Shown piece by piece: positions 56,703-64,000 of a stretch of DNA of 64,000 nucleotides (position 1 is its first letter; each line of letters begins with the position of its first letter). The notes beneath the pieces are model-generated. The model was not told the DNA's origin and searched no databases. It saw only the letters and a program-made list of their open reading frames with translations. Position numbers and translations under genes: made by a program. Source of the DNA: Carpediemonas membranifera BICM (taxonomy: Eukaryota > Protista > Fornicata). The stretch lies in the NCBI GenBank assembly GCA_019828565.1, contig JAHDYR010000064.1, positions 186,001 to 250,000 of the forward strand, given 5' to 3'.

Positions 56703-56843
56703 GCATTGTTGGTGTTGTACAGCTCTAAGACACCACAGCAATCCCTCACATAAATTTGCAGCATTCCCGAGAGAGCGATGAAAGTCACACCTTGCTTTAA
56801 GTCCAGCGCCATCCACCCCTCTACAACAACAGAAACTATACAT

Positions 56844-57277
56844 TTAACGGCGCATTCTGTCAGCACGACCCATGAGTCCGCCCTCCATCTCTTCGTTCTT
56901 GCGGAGGAGCTTCTTGTGGATGTGGGGCACAACACCTCCACCGGCAATGGTGGCGCTGACGAGGCCGTCGAGCTCATCATCCTGGCGGACGGCAAGCTGG
57001 ATGTGGCGGGGGTTGATACGCTTGACCTTGAGATCGCGGGCAGTGTTGCCAGCGAGCTCGAGAACCTCGGCGCAAAGGTATTCGAGAACGGCAGCGGTGA
57101 AGATGGCGGCGTTGCCAGCAACACGGCCGTGGAGGTTCACGCGATCCTTCATCATGCGGTGAATACGACCGACGGGGAATTGGAGACCAGCACGCGCGGA
57201 TCTAGACTGCATAATGGCGTATTGAAATTACATGCCTTGTTCTTCTTCTTAATGGAGCCGTTAGGAGCACCGGACAT
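56844..57277 (-). CDS. H2AZ: Histone H2A.Z; 29-nt GC-AG intron at 57207-57235
   Basis: HGRV loop-1 insertion, DLKVKRI, and [14 protein letters not shown] are diagnostic of H2A.Z. Confidence 0.88.
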
Positions 57278-57470
57278 TTGTTTTGATACCTGGTGTCAGC
57301 AACTGGCGCGCCATGGATGAATGGCTCATTTTTGCGCAAAATTTGTCAACAAGTCATGGGGTAGGGCGAGATGACTGAGGAAGGGCGATCTGGCAGGGCC
57401 GGAAGTTGGGTTAATTTGTGGAGCATTTTTCGGGAGCATTTGGGCAGACCACCAGAATTCGCCCTTAGCA

Positions 57471-59250
57471 ATGAGCATCAGCGCTGGCATGTCGCCACTC
57501 CAGCGTTCTTGGAGCAAATCATCCATGGACCAGCTCGAACGTGTGAATTCGCAAGTCCAGATGCGGCACCAGCACTCATCGGCTCTGTTTGACCTTCAGA
57601 AGCAAGCCTATGATGCTCTATGCAGCGATTACATCACAGATGCTCTCAAGTTTGCCAACCAAGCGCTCAATTCGTGCAAGAAGATGTATGGATCGAGACA
57701 CACCGAGGTCGTCTACCCCCTCCTTCTTCTAGCCGAGATCCACCTCAAGATGAACCGAATGGACAACACGTGCGTACCACACCGCCCTCTCACACAGCCA
57801 GAAGTGCCTCAACGCTGCCCGTAAGATCATCACCGGCGCCCCAGGAGTCCGCCAGACGGATCCCCTTTATCGCCAGTACCTCATGGATCAGGGCAAGGTC
57901 CTGGTGTACGACGGGATGTACCAGGAGGCACTTAAGACATTCACGGAGCTCAAGACGCTGATCGACGGCGAGGAGGCAAATCAGACAACTGACTTGGCGC
58001 CCTCTGTCAGGAGAATGAACACACTGCGCCTTGCAGTACTCAACACGTTTATAGGCACGTGCAGACTCGGCCTGGGCCATATTTCCCAGGCTCTTGTTGC
58101 CCACATGTCCGCCTATCGCCAGCGTAGAGCCATACTCGGCTCAACCGCACTCGACACAGCACTGTCGGCCTGCCACGTTGCCACAGTCTACATGCACAAC
58201 GGCGAGACCGGCGTAGCGCTCAAGATCTTCAAGGAGTGCCGGAAAATCCTCGAAGGCCAAGGTGATACGGCCCAACGGTCGCCCGACCTCGCGACGCTTT
58301 ATTTGAATATCTCAATCTGCGAGATGGTCAATTCCACCCACTCCAGCGCCCCAGTCAGCAACAAGGCGGCCATGGATGCTCTCCAGCTCCGAATCTCTAC
58401 ATACGGGGGGAATTCTCTCAACACAGCCATTGCTCAGCTCCAGCTCGGCCGTTGTATTGCCTCTAGCTATGACTACAACGGGGCCATGGAGTATGTTGAG
58501 CAGGCTCGGCAGACTTTGAACAACGTACTCGGACCTGGACATGTTTTGACTGCCTCGGCAGATGCGGTGCATGCAAGCATCCTCCTCCAGCTCGGAAGGA
58601 CTGCTGAGTCGCGGCAGACAATCGAACAGTGCCATGCCGTGTTTTCCAAGCAGCTTGGACCATCGCACGAGCAGACTCTCGCCGCGGCCTCCATGATTGC
58701 TGACCTACTGCTAGCTGACGGCGAGACCGAGGAGGCGCAGACAGCTTGGGCGAAGATACTCAAGGCAAGAGAATCCGCGTCTGGTGAGAGGTCGCTCCAG
58801 GCGGCGTCGGCTAAGGTTTCGACCGCAAACGTGTGGCGGCAAGCAGGGAAGCTGAAAGAAGCTGCCTCGATGTACAAGGCTGCTCTTACAACCATCAAGG
58901 GAACTCTTGGGCCCAACCACCGCCTCTGCGCTACGATATACATCAATCTCGGCGGGCTTCTTGTTGCTGCCGACCGTGGCGAGCAAGGCCGTCGTTTCCT
59001 CACACACGGTCTTACGATAAGACAGCGATGCTTCGGTGAGAACCACATGGCCACAGTTCATGCGAGACTTGCCCTCGGCCAGGCCGGGATTGCGGTTGGC
59101 GACTACGAGGCAGCTTTGGCCGAGCTTCAGAGCGCGCTGGCTGTGCTTGAGGCTGTGTTCGGGCCCGAGCATGAAGAGACGCGGGCAGTGAAGCGGGCGG
59201 TGGCGAGCGTGCTCCGTAACCGCATCCTGGCGAGAAAGACACCGGCGTAG
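57471..59250 (+). CDS. TPR repeat protein (kinesin light chain/nephrocystin-3-like repeats); 28-nt intron at 57770-57797
   Basis: Repeated LG..H..TA / FG.EH..T units; intron GTGCGT...CTCACACAG joins the two ORFs in frame. Confidence 0.82.
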
Positions 59251-59430
59251 TGTAAACATAGAGACCTTGCTCTTGTTGACCTGGATGATACTGCCCTGTA
59301 TTTCCCCGCCCAGTGTCATAGGTGGATGTCGCAAGCTATTCATGCACCTTAAAGAAAGCACGAGAGTTTATTCTTTTTAAACCGAGCTTTGGTCTGGCAG
59401 GGGCGATGTCGTCGTAGAAGTCTGCTTGAG

Positions 59431-60093
59431 TCACCGCAGCAGCCACATGACGATGACAAACCCCACGATGAGCACACTCATCCCGCCAACAGCAATCAAT
59501 TGATTAGTCTTCTCTGTGCTCTCGATCGCACCAAGCAGCTTCCTGCCGTACTCGAACCGGGCGACCAGCACCCTCGTCCTGTGTGCCAGCGCCCTCAGCT
59601 GTGCCCCCTGTCTGCCCAGGTCGCTGATGGCCGCCCCACCCATCTCTAGCATCTGGCTCACCTGCTGCTGCCAGTCCGCCAGGTTGTCCCGGCCTCTTTG
59701 CTCAGCCTGGGCCGCCGTCAGGGTAATGGGGGCAGACCCGGCGAGGAGCTGCTCTCTGTCTGCTTCCATCTGGACCGAGTCCTGGATGCGGAGGTGGACC
59801 TCTCGGTCGGACTGGAGGAAGGCGAGGTACTCCCGCTGGGCGTGGATGCGGGAGCTCCATTCAGCATTGTCTGCTGCTGGGATAACGTGTAACATGTCGT
59901 TCACTTGGCGTAGTAGATGCTCTGCTTCCTCAAAGGACTCGCGGACAGTACTCATGAGCTCGTTGCGACGTGGAAGAGCATCAACGCTTTCATCAAGCCG
60001 CTCGAGCTCCCCGAAGGCTGCAAGGATCTTCTGTGAGAGGCTCTGAACATGATCGCTCTTCTTTTCCAAAGATACCACCCCAAAGCTCTCCAT
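59431..60093 (-). CDS. Qb-SNARE (Vti1/membrin-like)
   Basis: Helical N-terminus, REQLL, SNARE motif G.AAISDLGRQGAQL, C-terminal TM. Confidence 0.75.
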   Translation of the reverse strand: MESFGVVSLEKKSDHVQSLSQKILAAFGELERLDESVDALPRRNELMSTVRESFEEAEHLLRQVNDMLHVIPAADNAEWSSRIHAQREYLAFLQSDREVHLRIQDSVQMEADREQLLAGSAPITLTAAQAEQRGRDNLADWQQQVSQMLEMGGAAISDLGRQGAQLRALAHRTRVLVARFEYGRKLLGAIESTEKTNQLIAVGGMSVLIVGFVIVMWLLR

Positions 60094-60496
60094 CGTGATT
60101 CTTTCTGAGGCGAGCCCGAAATGTCATTGAACGAAATTCAAAGCTGCACTTCGCTGAATCGCCGGGAGTGCTGCACCTGTGTGGGGGAGACGCGCGTATG
60201 GCGTGTTGGAGGCGCGAGTCGAGGCGGGGCTAATTCCGGCAAATCATATCGTCTGAATGCATCAATCATCCAATCCACTCATGTCACAATTTTCGCCTCG
60301 CACCAGCCACGTGTCGTGTTCCAGACTCCTCAGCGTTTTTAAACTTCTTTTTGTGCCCTGCAGGCTAATGCGGCACAACAGTTTGACCCAGCCGGCCCGA
60401 CCAACGCGGCGGGAGCGTCCCTCAAGTATCCCGCCTGCCGACGTCACTCTCTTTATTATTTTATTATTATTATCATTTTATTATTATTATCATTTA

Positions 60497-61780
60497 TCAG
60501 GCGATATACTGCGTCGGACTGTCACACACATCCGGCAGCTCATAAACTCCACCCCCCTCCTGCGGCGGGGACTCTTTCATGGCTGCGGCCAGAGACTCTA
60601 CCAGGTAGTCTACCCGCTCCCCGTCGAGTCCGGCCAGACTAATCCAGGCAGACTCGGTCATGTAAATGCTGTGGTTTTCTCGCATCGCCCTGACTTGACC
60701 TGGAGTCAACCCGGTCGTCACGAAAGCGCCAGTTTGGTTCCGGATATGCTCGTTTGCGTGGAGGAGGTTGACTTCTGCCTTCTTGAGTGCGTCATAAAGC
60801 ATCAAACGAACTGCTCTGAGTCGATCCGCCGCGGCGTGGACATCCTGCTCCCATTGCTCTCTAAGATGCGTCGTGGACAGCACTTTCTCCACGATATACG
60901 CCCCGTGGCATGCTGGAGCGTGGCGAGTGGCTTCGACCAAGTCAGTCAGCTGGGCCTCGACTTGGGCTTTCGTCTCCGGGCCCGGGGTCACAATATGAAG
61001 TGCCGCGGGTCTCTCGCCGAATAGGCCCATCGAATGAGTGAACGACTGGGCGATCATCATCGGCATGCCTCGGGCGACAGCGGCCCTAATCACTCTCGAG
61101 TCGTGCCCCATGCTGCCGCTCGCCATACCGGTAAACACACTGTCGAACAGAGGGATCAGCCCGCGCTGTTCAACTACATCAAGCACCCTGCTCCAGGCGC
61201 TGTCAGGGATGTCGAAGCCAGTGGGGCTGTGGGCATGGGTGTGGAGGACGACCACGGAGCCGGCGGGGGCGTGTTGGAGGTCTGCGAGCATCGGCTCAAC
61301 GTCTACGACGAAGCCCGTGTGTGTTGTAGTGTATGTATTTAGCCCTTGGTGGCCCATGACCTTCTTGTGGATAGTGGTGTAGGTCGGTAGGGTATCTGCT
61401 GGGAGAATGACGAGAGCGTCCGGCATATGGTCGTGGATGAAGTCGAAAGCCATGCGAACGGCACCCGTGAATCCAGTCTGTTGGACACTGGCTGTGCGGT
61501 TCCGAACAGTGCTGTAAATGGGTCCGAAAAGAAGCTTGGAAGAGGCCTCCAGGAAAGTGGTGAGGCCAAGAGACGGAATGTGGTCTTTCCCCGCTTCTGA
61601 GGTAAATAGTTCTCCCTCTGCATGCCTGATTGATTGATAGGAGGGGAATACAGCTGCAGTATCGTTGAATATGTCGGCCAAGAGCCATAGCTTCCTCCCA
61701 TTAGGGTCTGAGAGATACTGGTCGTGCAAATCTACCACTTCATCGACACTATAGCTTGGAATGGACGTGAAAAGGCTCAT
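60497..61780 (-). CDS. Aspartate aminotransferase-like protein with degenerate active site
   Basis: AAT fold landmarks APAGSVVVLH.HAHSPTG.D, PLFDS.F.GMASG, AQSF.HSMGLFGER, Q.GAF..TGL, H.IYM. Confidence 0.85.
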   Translation of the reverse strand: MSLFTSIPSYSVDEVVDLHDQYLSDPNGRKLWLLADIFNDTAAVFPSYQSIRHAEGELFTSEAGKDHIPSLGLTTFLEASSKLLFGPIYSTVRNRTASVQQTGFTGAVRMAFDFIHDHMPDALVILPADTLPTYTTIHKKVMGHQGLNTYTTTHTGFVVDVEPMLADLQHAPAGSVVVLHTHAHSPTGFDIPDSAWSRVLDVVEQRGLIPLFDSVFTGMASGSMGHDSRVIRAAVARGMPMMIAQSFTHSMGLFGERPAALHIVTPGPETKAQVEAQLTDLVEATRHAPACHGAYIVEKVLSTTHLREQWEQDVHAAADRLRAVRLMLYDALKKAEVNLLHANEHIRNQTGAFVTTGLTPGQVRAMRENHSIYMTESAWISLAGLDGERVDYLVESLAAAMKESPPQEGGGVYELPDVCDSPTQYIA

Positions 61781-62007
61781 ACTTCAGCGGTAGCATGTCA
61801 TAGCGCTCGATTTGGTGGTCATTCTCTCCATTTATCGTTTACGCTACTCCATTTATTTCACAGTAAACGCTGGCTTAGGTTTACGTGTAGTATGTATACC
61901 ACGGCCCACGCTGGCGCACAGACAATGGAGAGAGCTACCTAGCTTCGCTTGAGCTCGGCAGTTCAACAAACAGCTGTGTGACCAACACGACACAAGACAG
62001 CCAACTC

Positions 62008-62949
62008 TTAAACAACGTTTACGGGGTCGTTATTAGCGAACATCACAACGTTTTCCACGACAATCTCGACCCTCCTTTCGAACGCCTGCTTGGTGGCATA
62101 TGCGATGTGGGGTGTGAGCGATGTTCTCGGGGCACCCAACATTGGATGGTCCTGTGCCAGTGGCGGCTCAATGTCAAACACGTCAATGGCCGCATGCGCC
62201 AGGTGGCCTGCGTGCAGTGCTGCTGCCAATGCTTCCTGGTCTACAATGGGGCCACGGGCAGTGTTGATGAGGATAGCGTCAGGTTTCATGGTGGCAAGCT
62301 CCATGGCTCCAATAAGGCCGCGCGTGACTGGGGTGAGTGGGAGATGGATGCTGACGATGTCTGAACCGTGCAAAACCTCATCCAGGGGTGCATACACACC
62401 AGGGAAGTCGGGGCGCTCCGTCCGGCTGAAGCCCAGAACTTCACAGCCCATCGCCTTGAAGATCTGCGCAGTGTAGCATCCGATAGCACCTGTGCCAATG
62501 ATTCCTACCGTCTTCCCGCGAAGATCCTGGCCAACACGTCCATCGCGGCCCTCGGATAACCGTGTGGCTGCGTCGCTGAGGACGAAATCACGGAGGGCGG
62601 AGATGGCCATGCCCAGGGCCAGCTCAGCCACGGGGACGGTGCTGTAGCCTGAGGCGTTGCATACGGTGATGCCGTGAGCGTGGCAGTAAGCAACGTCGAC
62701 GAGATCTGTGCCTGTGAAGGCCACGGAAATCATCTTGAGCTTGGGGAGGCGAGAAATGACGCTCTCCCTGAACGGGATGTTGGCAAATATGACAGCCTCG
62801 GCGTTCTCGGCACGGGAAACGAGTTCACCCTCATTAGTTGTCCGCGAGTTGAAGACAACGAGAGAGTGGCCATTCTGCTCAAGCTTGGCCTTAGCAGCCT
62901 CAATGGCGCCATCAGAAATCTCTAGCTTGTCGATGAGTGCTACAAGCAT
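62008..62949 (-). CDS. D-isomer-specific 2-hydroxyacid dehydrogenase (bacterial-like)
   Basis: VAFTG.D.VD, NASGYST..VAE, GKTVGIIGTGAIG, SDIVSIHLPL, INTARG, DVF..EPP, TPHIA. Confidence 0.9.
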   Translation of the reverse strand: MLVALIDKLEISDGAIEAAKAKLEQNGHSLVVFNSRTTNEGELVSRAENAEAVIFANIPFRESVISRLPKLKMISVAFTGTDLVDVAYCHAHGITVCNASGYSTVPVAELALGMAISALRDFVLSDAATRLSEGRDGRVGQDLRGKTVGIIGTGAIGCYTAQIFKAMGCEVLGFSRTERPDFPGVYAPLDEVLHGSDIVSIHLPLTPVTRGLIGAMELATMKPDAILINTARGPIVDQEALAAALHAGHLAHAAIDVFDIEPPLAQDHPMLGAPRTSLTPHIAYATKQAFERRVEIVVENVVMFANNDPVNVV

Positions 62950-63145
62950 CTTGTTTGGTTGTATTGCGATCGACAGAAGATGTCGGTTAAAAGTGCAGTT
63001 TAACCCGCTCGGGCTGTGGCATGCTTCATCCTCATGCCCTGGAACTCAGCGTAGGAGCAAGATTGCCCTTGGATACATCAGAATAGTTTTGTCAGTTTTG
63101 ACCAGTGACGCTAGCGCCAGAACTCCAGGTTGAGAGGAGCTTGCG

Positions 63146-64000
63146 ATGAGTATCACGAAGCGCGCCATGCGTTGGAGCTTGATGGATATCTCCCCTTCGC
63201 CCGGCGATGATAGCTTCATCCTCTACGATGAACAAGACCCAGCGATTCTCATCAACGCCCCAGGCAGCGCCCAGCGGACCTTGCTCGAAAGTGGTATCCG
63301 CATGCGCCGTCTACAAGCAGTGATACTCACAGACATGACTCCTACGCACGTTGAGGGACTCCCAGGCGCCCTATTCACCTTCCACGACACCGTCACCGCC
63401 CACTTCCCTGACCGCACCCTGCCAGTGTACACTGCAGACACAGAGGACCCTAGGATGACCCATATCAACGGTATCATGCAGGACATGGTGGTGTGGCGGG
63501 CCCTGGAGCCAAGGTTCGTCGTCGATCCCGTCGTCATGCACTACAGGACTGTCGGAGACACCAAGCTCGTATGCGCCGAGTTCCCCGAGCTCCCTCCCAA
63601 GTTTGATGGGCTCAAGGCCAAGTCTCTCGGGGTGAAGGGGATACTGTGCCGGGAACTGGCCCAGGGCCGCAGCGTCGTTGTCAACGGGACAACGGTCGAG
63701 CCGCACCAGGTCCTGAGTGACGTAAGACCGGGCGGTGTCCTCGTCATCGCCCTCTGCAAGGACAAGGCCGACCCAGCAACCATTGAGGCCGTCGCCGAGT
63801 ACTCCCCGACTGTCGCAGTCTTCTCCACGGACCAGCCATGTCCTGCCCCAGCCATCCAGGGCTGCGAATGCTTCATGAGGTGGCGGTACGGCGGCCATCC
63901 CGTGGGGCTCCGGTACCCGACGGTGCAGGCGATCAAGACGTACCACTCGGACCGGTTCTTGACTCCGCGACTGTATCTTGGGGCTGAGTCGATATCCACA
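63146..64000 (+). CDS. RNase Z long form (ELAC2/Trz1-like), N-terminal part; runs off the window
   Basis: Open frame not in the ORF track: LINAPGSAQR..LESGIR..RLQAVILT...GLPG, flexible arm KFDGLKAKSLGVKG..CRELAQGRSV..GT.VEPHQV. Confidence 0.8.
   Translation, partial: MSITKRAMRWSLMDISPSPGDDSFILYDEQDPAILINAPGSAQRTLLESGIRMRRLQAVILTDMTPTHVEGLPGALFTFHDTVTAHFPDRTLPVYTADTEDPRMTHINGIMQDMVVWRALEPRFVVDPVVMHYRTVGDTKLVCAEFPELPPKFDGLKAKSLGVKGILCRELAQGRSVVVNGTTVEPHQVLSDVRPGGVLVIALCKDKADPATIEAVAEYSPTVAVFSTDQPCPAPAIQGCECFMRWRYGGHPVGLRYPTVQAIKTYHSDRFLTPRLYLGAESIST

Overview
Gene-dense, GC-rich eukaryotic nuclear DNA using the standard genetic code. It most likely comes from an anaerobic flagellated metamonad (Carpediemonas-like fornicate). 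This is inferred from 28-35 nt introns with the branch point fused to the 3' AG, SF-assemblin, CFAP47, TTLL1, a ferredoxin with a short organellar presequence and bacterial-type anaerobic enzymes. Housekeeping genes include Sec1, RPL18a, RPL9, Prp31, RLP24, TAF11, H2A.Z, a Qb-SNARE, TMCO1 and RNase Z. The accessory content is richer. (i) Two nested chromodomain Ty3/Gypsy retrotransposons have very short identical LTRs (81 and 61 bp), 4-bp TSDs and a GATC-centred palindrome where the tRNA primer-binding site should be; they interrupt a surface-protein gene. (ii) Two decayed Fanzor (eukaryotic TnpB-like RNA-guided nuclease) elements share a CTGCGCAGCAC left end, an asymmetric subterminal inverted repeat plus 3' hairpin, and 17-24 bp flanking direct repeats; both sit just upstream of host start codons. 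(iii) A 957-bp inverted duplication covers a dsRNA-binding-domain gene. Also notable are a laterally acquired YgeW carbamoyltransferase, an aspartate-aminotransferase-like protein lacking its catalytic lysine, and a GC-AG intron in H2A.Z. All family calls come from motif recognition by eye; no searches were run.
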